Sequence record: MW584195.1
Direction: 5' to 3' (one strand)
DNA from: Mycobacterium phage prophiGD51-2
Length of the DNA stretch: 51,838 bases
Shown here: positions 16,519-26,670 of the stretch, piece by piece
How the letters are laid out: each line of letters starts with the position of its first letter
Position numbering within the stretch: position 1 is the stretch's first letter
Notes under the pieces: model-generated
The model's input: the letters and a program-made list of their open reading frames with translations, nothing else
Databases searched by the model: none
What the model was told of the DNA's origin: nothing
Translations under genes and position numbers: made by a program

Positions 16519-16992
16519 ATGGCTGGACGCGGACCCGCCCCGAAGCCGGAAGGCTCCCGCGCGCGGCGCAACGGCTCGGCGGTGTCGATGAAGGTGTACA
16601 CCTCCGAACCGACCACGCAGCCGGAGCTGCCGGAGTTCGACGTGCAGGTCGAGGTCGACGGCGCGATCGTCTCGCAGGCCTTCGTCTGGCCGCCGGCCAC
16701 CCGCCGGTGGTGGGAGACGTGGGGCGCTGAGCCGATGGCTGCGGACTTCACCGCCACCGACTGGGACTTCTTGCTCGACACCGCGCTGCTTCACGCGCGG
16801 GTGTGGGCGGAGGGCGACCTCAAGCTCCTCCCCGAACTGCGGCTGCGCGTCGCGAAGCTCGGCGCGACCGGCGAGGACCGCGCACGTCTGCGGATCACAT
16901 ACGCCGCCGCCGACCAGGCCGACGAGAAGCGGAAGACTCCGCCGCCCGGCGGCGGAAGCCGTTCCCGTCGGGGTCCGCTCAAGGCGGTGTAG
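16519..16992 (+). CDS. Terminase small subunit (P27-family-like)
   Basis: The N-terminus 'MAGRGPAPKP' is typical of the P27 family. The RBS is GAGGAGGTGG, then 5 nt, then ATG. Confidence 0.75.
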   Translation: MAGRGPAPKPEGSRARRNGSAVSMKVYTSEPTTQPELPEFDVQVEVDGAIVSQAFVWPPATRRWWETWGAEPMAADFTATDWDFLLDTALLHARVWAEGDLKLLPELRLRVAKLGATGEDRARLRITYAAADQADEKRKTPPPGGGSRSRRGPLKAV

Positions 16993-16999
16993 CTCCACC

Positions 17000-18661
17000 G
17001 TGCCGTGGAAGCCCTCCGAGGCCGGCGAAGTGCCGACCCTCGGCTGGTACGCGATCGACTGGATGACCGAGCACCTCGCGGCGCCCGGGAAGCTCGACTA
17101 CGAGCCGTTCCGGCCGACGCCGGAGCAGGAGGACTTCATCCTCCGCTGGTACGCGCTCGACCCGCGCACCGGCCGGTTCCTCCACGACCGCGGCCTGCTC
17201 GGCCGGCCTCGCGGTTGGGGCAAGAGCCCGCTCCTCGCCGCCATCGCGTGCTTCGAGGGACTCGGCGACTGCCTGCCCGACGGGTGGGACGCCGACGGTC
17301 AGCCCGTCGGCCGGCCATGGGCGACGGTGCGCACCCCGGTGGTGCACATCGCCGCGGTGACCGAGGACCAGACCCGAAACACGTGGCAGCCACTCCTCGA
17401 GATGCTGCGCGAGGGGCCGGTCCTCGACGCCTACCCCGGCCTGGACCCGATGGACACGTTCGTTTCGCTGCCGTGGTCCGGCGAAGCGCGCATCGAGCAG
17501 ATCACCGCCTCGGCGCGCAGCACCAAGGGCGCCCCGATCGTGTTCGCCACCCTGGACCAGACCGAGGAGTGGGTGCCCGGCAACGGTGGCCCGCGTCTCG
17601 CGCAGGCGATCCGCACCAACGCCGCGAAGAACGGCGGGCGCACGATCGAGAGCCCGAACGCGTTCATCCCCGGCGAAAACAGCGTCGCCGAGGAGTCCGC
17701 CGCGTTCGCCGCGAAGATCGCGGCCGGACAGACTCTCGCGACCGGCCTGCTACTCGATCACCGCGAAGCGCCGGCCGACACCGACATGAGCGACCGCGAG
17801 TCGCTGACCCACGGCCTCCGCGTCGCGTACGGCGACAGCAGCGCGCACCCCGACGGGTGCTTGCTGCACACCCCGCCGTGTCCGCCCGGGTGGGTGGAGC
17901 TGGAACCGCTTATCCAGCGCGCCTGGGATCCGTCGAGCGACCCGCAGGTGATCCGCTCCGACCTGCTCAACCAAATCACGCACGCCTCGGACTCGTGGCT
18001 GTCGAAACCGGCCTGGACCGCAGCGGCGGACGCCGCCAAGGTGATCGCCACCGGCGACACCATCGTCCTCGGCTTCGACGGCTCCCGCGGCCGCAACAAG
18101 GGCAAGGCCGACGCCACCGCGCTGATCGGCTGCCGCGTAGAGGACGGGCACCTGTTCGAGATTCGCGTCTGGGAGCAGGGACCGACCGACGACAAGGACT
18201 GGACCCCGAACGCGATCGAGGTGGACCGCGAGGTTCGCCGGTGCTTCGAGGACTACAACGTGGTCGGCTTCTACGCAGACCCGTCCGGCTGGACAGAGTG
18301 GATCGCGAAGTGGGAGGCCACCTTCGGCCGACGGCTCCGCGTTCGCGGCTCGCAGGATCACCCGATCATGGCCTGGCCGCGCGGCAAGGACTCGCGCATC
18401 GTCGAGTACGTCGAACGGTTCCGGCTCGCGACTGTGAACGGCGAACTGTCGCACGACGGTTCAAGCACCCTCACTCGCCACGTGCTGAACGCGCGCCGCC
18501 GCTCGACCCGGACCGGCTACCTGATCTTCAAGAAGTTCCCGGACTCGCCGGACAAGATCGACGCCGCCTACGCGGCGGTCATGGCATGGAAGGCGCGGAC
18601 CGACGCTCTCGCGAAGGGCGTTGGCGCGCAGCGCAAAACCAAGCGGAAGGCGGTGTTCTGA
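17000..18661 (+). CDS. Terminase large subunit
   Basis: Terminase ATPase Walker A 'GRPRGWGKSPLLAAIA', followed by a C-terminal nuclease region. The GTG start at 17000 is uncertain. Confidence 0.8.
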   Translation: MPWKPSEAGEVPTLGWYAIDWMTEHLAAPGKLDYEPFRPTPEQEDFILRWYALDPRTGRFLHDRGLLGRPRGWGKSPLLAAIACFEGLGDCLPDGWDADGQPVGRPWATVRTPVVHIAAVTEDQTRNTWQPLLEMLREGPVLDAYPGLDPMDTFVSLPWSGEARIEQITASARSTKGAPIVFATLDQTEEWVPGNGGPRLAQAIRTNAAKNGGRTIESPNAFIPGENSVAEESAAFAAKIAAGQTLATGLLLDHREAPADTDMSDRESLTHGLRVAYGDSSAHPDGCLLHTPPCPPGWVELEPLIQRAWDPSSDPQVIRSDLLNQITHASDSWLSKPAWTAAADAAKVIATGDTIVLGFDGSRGRNKGKADATALIGCRVEDGHLFEIRVWEQGPTDDKDWTPNAIEVDREVRRCFEDYNVVGFYADPSGWTEWIAKWEATFGRRLRVRGSQDHPIMAWPRGKDSRIVEYVERFRLATVNGELSHDGSSTLTRHVLNARRRSTRTGYLIFKKFPDSPDKIDAAYAAVMAWKARTDALAKGVGAQRKTKRKAVF

Positions 18662-18663
18662 TC

Positions 18664-20169
18664 GTGACCGTCGACCTCGCCTCGCTCACCTCCACCGCCA
18701 CACCGGAGCTGTCCGCGCACGAGCAGACGCTGCTCGGCAAGCTGCGGACCCAGCTCGACACCGCACGCGTCGCGAACGCGAAGAAGTACCGGTTCTACGA
18801 GGGCGTCCACAAGGCGCAGAACCTCGACATCGCCGTCCCGCCCCACCTCGCGGACCTGGACGTGCACATCGGCATCCCCGGGATCGTCGTGGACGTGCTC
18901 GCCGAGCGCATCGAATGGGACGGCTGGACCTCGACGGCCGACGGCGGCGACCTGTACGGCCTCGACGAGGTCTACCGGGACAACGCGATCGACGTCGAGC
19001 AGGCCCGCAACACGGTCGATTCCCTGATTTGTGGTGTCGGGTTCGTCGCCGTCGGCACCGGCCGACCGGAGAACGGCGAGCCCGCCGTGCTGGTCACCGC
19101 CGAGTCTCCGATGGAAGCCACCACGCTCTGGGATCCGCGCCGTCGCGTGGTGTCCGCCGGACTGGTGCAACGCCGAGACCCGCTGAGCCCCACCACGATC
19201 ACCGCCGAGGTGCTGTACCTGCCGAACTCGACGGTGCAGCTCGCCCGCGGCGAGGACGGCAAGCTCACCGTCACCCGCGACGACCACAACCTCGGCACGG
19301 TGCCGCTCGTGCCGTTCCCGAACCGCGAACGTCCGTCGGACATCCGCGGCCGGTCTGAGATCACCGCACCGATCCGCTACTACACCGAGGCGGTCGGCCG
19401 AACCATGCTCGGCATGGAGATCAACCGCGAGTTCTACACCGCCCCACAGCGTTACGGGCTCGGCGTGGACCCGGAGCAGTTCGGCATCAAGGACGACAGC
19501 GCGCCCGGCGAGGTGCTACGGCAGCAGTGGAAGGTCGCCATGTCGCGGATGAACTTCATCCCCGGCCCGGAGAACCCCGGCGAACCCATGCCGCAGGTCG
19601 GCCAGTTCACACCGGCCCCGCCTACGCCGTACATCGACCAGGTCAAGCACTACATGCAGCACGTGTCCGCGGAGGGCGCGATCCCGTGGAACTACCTCGG
19701 GTTCCAGACCGACAACCCGCCCTCGGCCGACGCCGTGCGCGTCATGGAATCTCGCCTGATCAAGCGCGCCCTGCTGCGGCAGCGCATGTGGACCCGGGCG
19801 TGGCGTCAGGTGGCGCTGCTCGCGCTGCTCCACACGAACCCCGGCTTCGACCGCTCGCTCATCGCGAACATCGAGCCGAACTGGCTGGACCCGACGACGC
19901 CGACCCCCGCCGCGCAGGCTGACGCGACCACGAAGCTCGTCGCCGCGCAGATCCTTCCCGCTGACAGCACCGTGACGCGCCGCCGCGTCGGGCTCTCACA
20001 GTCCGAACAGCGCCAGCTCGACGTCGACCGGCGCGCCGCGACGACCAGCACGCTGGTGGACAAGCTGCTCGCGCAGCCTCCGGCGACCGTGCCGGCCCCG
20101 CCGGCCGGCACCGGCGAGCAGGCCGCGCAGCAGGACCAGGCACCCGCCGATGGTCAGCGGGCTGCCTGA
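18664..20169 (+). CDS. Portal protein
   Basis: It is a ~500-aa protein following terL with portal-like conserved segments. It occupies the second half of listed ORF 17005..20169. The GTG start lies 3 nt after the terL stop. Confidence 0.7.
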   Translation: MTVDLASLTSTATPELSAHEQTLLGKLRTQLDTARVANAKKYRFYEGVHKAQNLDIAVPPHLADLDVHIGIPGIVVDVLAERIEWDGWTSTADGGDLYGLDEVYRDNAIDVEQARNTVDSLICGVGFVAVGTGRPENGEPAVLVTAESPMEATTLWDPRRRVVSAGLVQRRDPLSPTTITAEVLYLPNSTVQLARGEDGKLTVTRDDHNLGTVPLVPFPNRERPSDIRGRSEITAPIRYYTEAVGRTMLGMEINREFYTAPQRYGLGVDPEQFGIKDDSAPGEVLRQQWKVAMSRMNFIPGPENPGEPMPQVGQFTPAPPTPYIDQVKHYMQHVSAEGAIPWNYLGFQTDNPPSADAVRVMESRLIKRALLRQRMWTRAWRQVALLALLHTNPGFDRSLIANIEPNWLDPTTPTPAAQADATTKLVAAQILPADSTVTRRRVGLSQSEQRQLDVDRRAATTSTLVDKLLAQPPATVPAPPAGTGEQAAQQDQAPADGQRAA

Positions 20170-21934
20170 GTTCCAGGGGCTGCTCTCGGAGCTGTCGAAC
20201 CGCCTCGGCGGTGAGGTGGCGAACCTGGTCCCGCGCCTCGACCGTCTCGACGACGGCGAACGCCGCCGGTTCATCACCTCGGCGTACCCGCAGATCGCGA
20301 CGCCCTACCTCGCCGCTGCCGGAGACCTGACCGCCGCGTTCTACGACGCCCAGCCGAGCCTCACCCGTGGGTTCACCGCGCAGCCCGCTGCGCTGGCACC
20401 CGTCGAGCAGCTCGCGGCGTCGGGGCGGTGGGGGATCGCGCAGCGTGACCCGATCATCGCCCTGCAGGGCTCCGCCACGCGCAGCGTGTTCGACAGTAGC
20501 CGAAGCACGGTGCTGCACAACGTGACCCGTGAGACCGGCGCACAGTGGGCGCGATACGCCTCGGCCAACGCGTGCGGCTTCTGCCGGATGCTCGCCACCC
20601 GCTCGATCGGCAGCGGCTCGCTGTACAGCAGTGAGCGCGCCGCCACTCGGGTCGTCGGGCGCGGCAAGGACATGTCCCCGATGGAGCGCCGTATCCGTGC
20701 CGCCGGAGGGGAACGCATCGGCGGGCGGTTCATCGCCGCCGGCCGCAGCCCGCGCGGGAATCAGAAGATCGGCGACCGGTACCACGATCACTGCCGCTGC
20801 ACCGCGGTGGCGATCCGCCCCGGCGACACCTACGAGCCGCCCGACTACGTGTACCAGTGGGAGCGCGACTACGTCGAGGCGACCCGCGCACTCGGCCGCA
20901 GCGGTGAGCCGCTCACAGCAACCAACGTGGTCCGCCACATGGAGACCACCGCGGCGGAACGCACCGCGAAGGTGCAGGCCGCCCGTACAGCACAGGCCGC
21001 CGACGAGGCGTTCGCGCAGCAGGTCCGCAACGAGCACTGGCAGGCCACGCTCGACTGGCTTGACGCCGAGGACGCACAGATCGCGCGGAACCGGTACTTC
21101 CAGCAGATCGACGACGCGGCGGAAGCCGAACGGCGGCAGCGGATCCTGTCCTGGCTCGACGCCGAGGACGAGCACCGCGCCGCGGTCGCGTACTGGCACC
21201 GCGTCGACGACGAGCTGCGCGCTGTTCCCGCAGTCGAGCACGGCGCGGCACAGACGGCGGTGTCCGCCGACGTCTCCGCCACCGTCGCCGAGTCGGAACT
21301 CGACCGCGCGGTCGCGAAGCTGGAAGCCGCCCTGGCGTCCGGTGCCGACGACGCCACGATCCTCCGCCTGTCGGAGGCAGCCGAAGCGATCGAGCGCAAG
21401 GTCTCCGCAGAGGACGCGGCCACCGCTCTCCGGACTCGCCGACGCGAGCAGGCCGCAGCCCGCCGCGAAGCTGCGGACCGGGACAAGTGGGACCGGATCA
21501 TCGCCCTCATCGAGGACGAGGGCTACGACCCCGCCGAGGCCGAGTCCAAGGTCACCGGCGTCGACATCGTCAAGATCTGGAAGCGCGACTTCATGGCGCA
21601 GGCGCGCCGCGACGGTCACTACGGGGACAGCTTCGAGGAGCTGCTCGGTTCCGTGCACAAACAGCGCGTCGCCGAGCTGTACCTCGAAGCTGAGAACGCA
21701 ACGCGCGGAGCGCTGTTCAAGCGGTCGAGCATCAAGGCGGACGGCACGTTCCCGTTCGATCCGATCCTGTTCTGGTCCATGCCGGCGGAACGGGTGCGCA
21801 AGCACGCGAGCCCTGAGCTGGCCGAATGGTTCGACCAGAACGGCCGGCTGACCCGTACCATGATGCGCAACGCCATCCTGTCCGGCCGAGGCTGGAAGGA
21901 ACACGGCGGAGACAGAGAGGACTTCCTGCAGTGA
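20150..21934 (+). CDS. MuF-like head morphogenesis/minor capsid protein with a long Ala/Glu/Arg-rich C-terminal region containing internal 'WLDAED...' repeats
   Basis: It follows the portal gene and has the Cys-containing segment 'NACGFCRMLATRS...DHCRCTAV'. The tandem protein repeats are 'WLDAEDAQIARNRYFQQIDD' and 'WLDAEDEHRAAVAYWHRVDD'. Confidence 0.55.
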   Translation: MVSGLPEFQGLLSELSNRLGGEVANLVPRLDRLDDGERRRFITSAYPQIATPYLAAAGDLTAAFYDAQPSLTRGFTAQPAALAPVEQLAASGRWGIAQRDPIIALQGSATRSVFDSSRSTVLHNVTRETGAQWARYASANACGFCRMLATRSIGSGSLYSSERAATRVVGRGKDMSPMERRIRAAGGERIGGRFIAAGRSPRGNQKIGDRYHDHCRCTAVAIRPGDTYEPPDYVYQWERDYVEATRALGRSGEPLTATNVVRHMETTAAERTAKVQAARTAQAADEAFAQQVRNEHWQATLDWLDAEDAQIARNRYFQQIDDAAEAERRQRILSWLDAEDEHRAAVAYWHRVDDELRAVPAVEHGAAQTAVSADVSATVAESELDRAVAKLEAALASGADDATILRLSEAAEAIERKVSAEDAATALRTRRREQAAARREAADRDKWDRIIALIEDEGYDPAEAESKVTGVDIVKIWKRDFMAQARRDGHYGDSFEELLGSVHKQRVAELYLEAENATRGALFKRSSIKADGTFPFDPILFWSMPAERVRKHASPELAEWFDQNGRLTRTMMRNAILSGRGWKEHGGDREDFLQ

Positions 21935-22122
21935 GCACGTACACGGTCGCCGACCTGGTGCGCGCGCGTGCGGAAGGCCTCACTGCCGAGGTGGGCGCCG
22001 AGAACCCGTACGCCGGAGCGTCTCTCGTGCTCGCACAGGTCTGGCGCCGCGCGTACATGACCCGCCTCGCGGTCCGGTTGGAACGTTCACCCGGACGGCA
22101 GAGCATCACCGCCGAGCAGTAG
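21931..22122 (+). CDS. Small hypothetical protein (63 aa)
   Basis: The GTG start overlaps the MuF-like stop (GTGA). It lies in frame within listed ORF 21826..22122. Confidence 0.45.
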   Translation: MSTYTVADLVRARAEGLTAEVGAENPYAGASLVLAQVWRRAYMTRLAVRLERSPGRQSITAEQ

Positions 22123-22141
22123 CCGGCACCTCACCCGACTA

Positions 22142-22174
22142 GAAGCCCCGCAACCGATTCCGGTGCGGGGCTTC
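22142..22174 (+). terminator. GC-rich stem-loop (possible attenuator/terminator) between head genes
   Basis: GAAGCCCCGCA-loop-TGCGGGGCTTC with a weak T tract. Confidence 0.4.
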
Positions 22175-22266
22175 GTCATATCCAGACTCCCGCCATCTGA
22201 GGCGGCAGACGCGGACGGCCAGCGCATCGAATCGGCCGGGATGCTGACGAGCTCACGGAGAAGTAC

Positions 22267-22875
22267 ATGCACCGCAACAAGTTCCCCTTCCTGTTCACCA
22301 TCGAGGGCACCGAATCCGGCGCCGGAGGTGGCGGCACCGACAACAACGGCGGCACGCCCGCGGGCGGAACCCCGTCCAACGACGACGCCGGGAAGAAGTT
22401 CACGCAGGCCGACCTCGACCGCATCGTCGGCGAGCGCCTCGCCCGCGCGAACACCACGATCCTGCAGACCCTCGGCGTCGACTCGCTCGACGACGCGAAG
22501 GCCAGCCTCGCGGACCTCAAGACCCGCAAGGACTCCGAGAAGGACGCGGCGCAACTCGCCGCCGACCAGCTCGCCGAGGCCAACGACCGAGCCGCGAAGG
22601 CTGAGGCACGCGCCGCCGCAGCCGAACGCACCCAGACCGGTATCGACGCCGGACTGCCTCTGGCACTGGCGAAGCGCCTCACCTCCGACGACCCGGCCGC
22701 ACTCGCGGCCGAGATCGAGGAACTGAAGCCGTTCGCCGGTGCGGCGGCTGGAACCGGGGCACGTACCCCGGCCCCCACTGACCACCAGGGGCGCCACGAG
22801 GGCGGCGGCAGCACGACGTTGTCGACCGTCAACGAGGGCGCGGAGCTCTACAAGAAGCTCCACCCCGCCAAGTAA
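22267..22875 (+). CDS. Capsid scaffolding protein
   Basis: It is Ala/Glu-rich and coiled-coil-like, with a Gly-rich N-terminus. It is located just before the capsid genes, and its RBS is GGAGAAG. Confidence 0.7.
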   Translation: MHRNKFPFLFTIEGTESGAGGGGTDNNGGTPAGGTPSNDDAGKKFTQADLDRIVGERLARANTTILQTLGVDSLDDAKASLADLKTRKDSEKDAAQLAADQLAEANDRAAKAEARAAAAERTQTGIDAGLPLALAKRLTSDDPAALAAEIEELKPFAGAAAGTGARTPAPTDHQGRHEGGGSTTLSTVNEGAELYKKLHPAK

Positions 22876-22930
22876 CCCCGCAGCCCGGGACCACTGAGCT
22901 GCAACAGATTCCACCAACCAAGGAGGAAAC

Positions 22931-23305
22931 GTGGACCTCACTGTGACCACGGAGCGGTTCAGCTCGGGCAACCTGTCCTGGCTCGGCTCCAAGCACGGCA
23001 CCGACGCAGCGCGCACGGTGACCATCTCGCGCGCGGCACTGACCGCCGCGACGCACTACCCGGACGGCTACCTCAAGAGCGGCACCCCGCTGGCGATCGT
23101 GGCCGGTAAGGCCGTGCCGTTCAACGCATCCGGCTCGGACGGCTCCGAGGTGCTCGCCGGGTTCCTGTTCACCGACCAGCGGGTCAAGGCCGGCGGAGGC
23201 GACATCGTCGCGCCGCTGCTCGACCACGGCCGGATCGTCCTGTCCAAGCTGCCGAGCCCGGTGACCGCTGACGCGGCCACCACCGGCCAGTTCATCTTCG
23301 TCTGA
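22931..23305 (+). CDS. Head decoration-like protein
   Basis: It is a 124-aa protein directly upstream of the major capsid gene. The GTG start follows AAGGAGGAAAC. Confidence 0.5.
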   Translation: MDLTVTTERFSSGNLSWLGSKHGTDAARTVTISRAALTAATHYPDGYLKSGTPLAIVAGKAVPFNASGSDGSEVLAGFLFTDQRVKAGGGDIVAPLLDHGRIVLSKLPSPVTADAATTGQFIFV

Positions 23306-23321
23306 GAGGAGTGACGCAACC

Positions 23322-24359
23322 ATGACCCTGTGGACTGACGTCATCACCCCGGCAGCGCTCACCGGGTACGCCCGGCAGGCCCTCGCCGACCGCGAGCGCG
23401 CCAAGGGCTCCCTCGCGGCGTACCTGCCCAACCGCACCGTCGACGACATCGTCGCCCGGTTCGTGGCCGGAGCCAACGGCCTGCTCGACGCTGCCGAGTA
23501 CCGCAGCTACGACGCCGAGGTGTCCATCGGCGAGCCCGAGGACGCCAAGCGCATCACCCTGGAGCTGCCGCCCCTCGGCCGAAAGTTCCGCGTGAGCGAG
23601 TACGAGCAGCTGCGGCTGCGCGGCAACGTCGACCCCGACACCATGCTCGGCCACGTCACCCGCTACGCCGCCCGCGCCGCGTACGCGGTGAGCGACCGGC
23701 TGGAGATCGCACGCGGCAAGGTGCTCGACACCGGCGTCGCGGCGATCAACGAGAACGGGTTCGTGGCCTCGGCCGACTTCGGCCGGCGCGCCGACTTCAC
23801 CACCACCGCGGCCACCCTGTGGTCCGCCGCCGGTGCGAAGCCGCTGTCGGACCTGCGCACGTGGCGCGACGCGTTCGTCGACGAGAACGGCGAGGCTCCC
23901 GGCTCGATCCTCACCAGCCAGAAGGTGCTGAACGCGCTGATGGCCTCCGCGGAGTTCAAGGGGCTGGCCACCAACTCGGCCACCGCCCCGAGCGTGGTCA
24001 CGCAGGAGTACGTGAACAGCGTGCTCGTGTCCTACGGCCTGCCGACGATCACCGTCTACGACCGCCGCGCTCGCGTGGCCGGCACCGCGGTGCGCGTCCT
24101 GCCCGACGACAAGCTCTACCTGCTGCCCGCAGCGGTGGACGCCTACAACGCTGAGGGCACCGACCTGGGCGGCACCTGGTGGGGCACCACGCTGGAGGCG
24201 TCGGAGCCCGACTACGGCATCGCCGGACCCGACCGGCCCGGCATCGTCGTCGGCACCTTCAAGACCCACGACCCGATCGGGGTGTGGGTGCACTCGGCCG
24301 CTATCGGCCTGCCGGTGCTCGCGAACGCGAACCTGTCGTTCGCAGCGAAGGTGCTGTGA
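23322..24359 (+). CDS. Major capsid protein (HK97-fold, lambda gpE-like)
   Basis: It is 345 aa and sits after the scaffold/decoration genes. It has a strong RBS GAGAGGAGTGA, and its sequence is typical of actinophage major capsid proteins. Confidence 0.8.
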   Translation: MTLWTDVITPAALTGYARQALADRERAKGSLAAYLPNRTVDDIVARFVAGANGLLDAAEYRSYDAEVSIGEPEDAKRITLELPPLGRKFRVSEYEQLRLRGNVDPDTMLGHVTRYAARAAYAVSDRLEIARGKVLDTGVAAINENGFVASADFGRRADFTTTAATLWSAAGAKPLSDLRTWRDAFVDENGEAPGSILTSQKVLNALMASAEFKGLATNSATAPSVVTQEYVNSVLVSYGLPTITVYDRRARVAGTAVRVLPDDKLYLLPAAVDAYNAEGTDLGGTWWGTTLEASEPDYGIAGPDRPGIVVGTFKTHDPIGVWVHSAAIGLPVLANANLSFAAKVL

Positions 24360-24361
24360 CC

Positions 24362-24559
24362 ATGGCGCGCATCCGCGACGACCTGGTTGGCTCGGTGTTC
24401 CTCGGCGACGGCGTCGTGCTGTTCGCCGGGGACACCGTGCCCCGTGGCGCCACCGTCGGCGAGCACCTGCTCGCCGAGGAGAAGCCGGCACGCAAGGCGA
24501 AGGCTCCGGCCAAGACGACCGAGACGGCTGACGGTGACGGCGACGCTGCTGGCGAGTAG
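24362..24559 (+). CDS. Small hypothetical head-associated protein (65 aa)
   Basis: ATG lies 2 nt after the capsid stop. It has a Lys/Ala-rich C-terminus. Confidence 0.45.
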   Translation: MARIRDDLVGSVFLGDGVVLFAGDTVPRGATVGEHLLAEEKPARKAKAPAKTTETADGDGDAAGE

Positions 24560-24923
24560 CGCCGACGTCGAGGCACGCCTCCGGCGCGACCTCACCGACG
24601 ACGAGGAGCGCTGGATCGACGGCGTCCTCGAGGAGGCCTCGGCACTGGTCGCCGCGTACTGCGGCGGCCAGGTGCCGGACCCCGTCCCCGACGCGGTGCG
24701 CATCGTCACCTCGCGCGTGGCAGCCCGTGCGCTGTCGGGGCGCGATGACGGCGCCGCGTCGGTCGCCGAGCAGGCTGACATTTTCCAGCGCACCGTCACG
24801 CTCAACGCTGACGCCGCGAACGGCGGTGTGTACCTCACCAAGGCCGACCGCATGCAGCTACGCCGGTGGTCCGCTCGCGGAAGCGTGTTCTCCGTGGACA
24901 TCTCGGGCACGGGGCGCGGCTGA
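24534..24923 (+). CDS. Head-tail connector/adaptor (gp6-like)
   Basis: The N-terminus 'VTATLLASSADVEARLRRDLTDDEERWIDGVLEEASALVAAYCG' is typical of gp6-like connector proteins. The GTG start is uncertain. Confidence 0.6.
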   Translation: MTATLLASSADVEARLRRDLTDDEERWIDGVLEEASALVAAYCGGQVPDPVPDAVRIVTSRVAARALSGRDDGAASVAEQADIFQRTVTLNADAANGGVYLTKADRMQLRRWSARGSVFSVDISGTGRG

Positions 24924-24924
24924 C

Positions 24925-25290
24925 ATGGTCTCGCCACTCTTCCCGACGCCACACAGCGTCGGGCACATCACCCCCGCCGCGGTGTCGAACAACGCACTGG
25001 GGCAGCCGATCCCGGCCGCCGGTGCGGCCACGGTGCGCAAGGTCTACGGGTGGCGCGTCAAGGCGACCGCCGAGGGTGCCACGGCCCCGTACGCCGGCCG
25101 AACCGTCACCGAGCTGTACCTGCTCACGCCCGACGGGGACTACGCCCCGGCCGACCTCGTGCAGGTGCCCGCGGAGACCGGACCGCTGTTCGAGGTGATC
25201 GGCGACGGCGAGGACTTCAACAACGGACCGTTCGGCTTCACGCCCGGCTACCGGTTCACGCTGAGGAGGGTCGCTGATGGGGCAGCTTGA
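24925..25290 (+). CDS. Head-tail joining (head closure-like) protein
   Basis: ATG lies 1 nt after the upstream stop. It is 121 aa and its position is conserved. Confidence 0.5.
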   Translation: MVSPLFPTPHSVGHITPAAVSNNALGQPIPAAGAATVRKVYGWRVKATAEGATAPYAGRTVTELYLLTPDGDYAPADLVQVPAETGPLFEVIGDGEDFNNGPFGFTPGYRFTLRRVADGAA

Positions 25291-25543
25291 CATTTCCGAC
25301 GCCGACCACGCCGCGATCCGCACCAGTTCGCACGTGCAGAAGCACCTCGCCGAGGTGGCGGCACAGATCGCAGCCACGGCCAGTTCGGCTGCCGGTGACC
25401 CCGGCGGCTACGAGACCGACCTCGTTGTCGGCACCGACCGCGCCCGTGCACACGTACGGCCGAAGTCGCCCGCCGCGTACCGCGCCGAGGCGAAGTTCTC
25501 GCCGCTCATGCAGGCGGTCGCATCGAACGGACCGCGCCTATGA
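25277..25543 (+). CDS. Neck/tail completion-like protein
   Basis: It is an 88-aa ORF overlapping its neighbours, in the conserved head-tail gene position. Confidence 0.45.
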   Translation: MGQLDISDADHAAIRTSSHVQKHLAEVAAQIAATASSAAGDPGGYETDLVVGTDRARAHVRPKSPAAYRAEAKFSPLMQAVASNGPRL

Positions 25544-25968
25544 CGGTCCCAGCTCTCGCGGTCCCGGTAGGACCGACGGTCGCCGCTCGCGCGTACCTGC
25601 TCGACGAGCTCACCGTGCGCGGCAACACGCTGCCGGTCGGAGCAACACCCCCGACCGGGACGCCGACCAGTTACGCACTACTGAGCCGTTCCGGCAGCCA
25701 CAACCGCTCCCGCTTCACCGTCGACTTCATGATCCGCACAAGGGTTTTCGACGCCGACGCCGTGCAGTGCGAGCGCAACGCGGACCTGCTCTGGTCGCTC
25801 ATGGGCGCGGCCACTCACCGCAAGGTGTCCACGCCGCTCGGCGACGTGTGGATCTCCGCCGCGCAGCCGGCGGAGGACGGACCCTCTGAACTCGCCGACC
25901 CCGACGTGCCGCAGCTGTTCGGCCTCCAGTTCGGCACCTTCTGGACCATCGCGCTGAAACTGCTGTAG
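25540..25968 (+). CDS. Tail terminator-like protein
   Basis: ATGA overlap with the upstream gene. It is 142 aa and immediately precedes the major tail gene. Confidence 0.5.
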   Translation: MTVPALAVPVGPTVAARAYLLDELTVRGNTLPVGATPPTGTPTSYALLSRSGSHNRSRFTVDFMIRTRVFDADAVQCERNADLLWSLMGAATHRKVSTPLGDVWISAAQPAEDGPSELADPDVPQLFGLQFGTFWTIALKLL

Positions 25969-26000
25969 CGCAGCGCATTCCAAACACCAGACCGCAAGCA

Positions 26001-26030
26001 CCCCGGACCCGCTTTGGGCCGGGGTTTTCC
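26001..26030 (+). terminator. Stem-loop with a T tract upstream of the major tail gene (attenuator candidate)
   Basis: CCCCGGACCC-GCTTT-GGGCCGGGG followed by TTTTCC. Confidence 0.4.
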
Positions 26031-26061
26031 GTTGCCCGCCCGGGCAGTGAAGGAGACACAC

Positions 26062-26670
26062 ATGACCACGCCCGCACCGTCCGCACTGGGCAACATCGAC
26101 GAGCTGTTCGCCGCGTCGCCCTCGGACCTCACCACGGCCGGCGGCCTCTGGTACGCCCCGTTCGGCACCGCGCTCCCGACCGACGTCGACGAGCCGCTCA
26201 ACCCCGCGTTCAAGAACTTCGGCTTCGTGTCCAACAAGGGCGTGAAGGTGAAGATCGACGGCAAGACGAACCCCATCGAGGTGTGGGGCGGAGACGAGAT
26301 CGGCAGCCTCCGTGACAAGTTCGCGGTCGAGTACAGCATGGCCCTGTTCCAGGTGCTGTCGCCCGTCGTGAACGCCGCGATCTTCGGACCGGCCAACGTG
26401 TCCACCGCCGCGGCCACCGCAGAGCACGGCAAGCGCCTCAAGGTCGCGATCACGAACAAGCTGCCGAAGCGCTGCAGCCTCGTGCTCGACGCCGTGTACG
26501 AGGACAAGATCATCCGCCAGGTCGCGCAGATGGCGCAGCTCTCGGACCTCGCCGACATCACCCTCGTGCACAACGAGCCGATGGCGCTGGAGCCCACGTT
26601 CCGCGTCCTCAAGGGCACCGACGGCGTGCACGTCCACCAGTACAGCGACGACGGCGTCCTCGCCGTCTGA
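26062..26670 (+). CDS. Major tail protein
   Basis: ATG follows GAAGGAGACACAC. It is a 202-aa protein with the typical major tail protein position and composition. Confidence 0.75.
   Translation: MTTPAPSALGNIDELFAASPSDLTTAGGLWYAPFGTALPTDVDEPLNPAFKNFGFVSNKGVKVKIDGKTNPIEVWGGDEIGSLRDKFAVEYSMALFQVLSPVVNAAIFGPANVSTAAATAEHGKRLKVAITNKLPKRCSLVLDAVYEDKIIRQVAQMAQLSDLADITLVHNEPMALEPTFRVLKGTDGVHVHQYSDDGVLAV

Noticed and set aside
17005-20169. 1054-aa ORF spanning terL and portal in another frame
   Set aside because: Its first half overlaps the terminase gene out of frame and is Arg/Pro-rich junk. Only the part from 18664 on (the portal) is real. Long spurious ORFs are expected at this GC content.
19859-21904. 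681-aa minus-strand ORF antisense to the portal/MuF genes
   Set aside because: Antisense, Arg/Gly-rich, no RBS.
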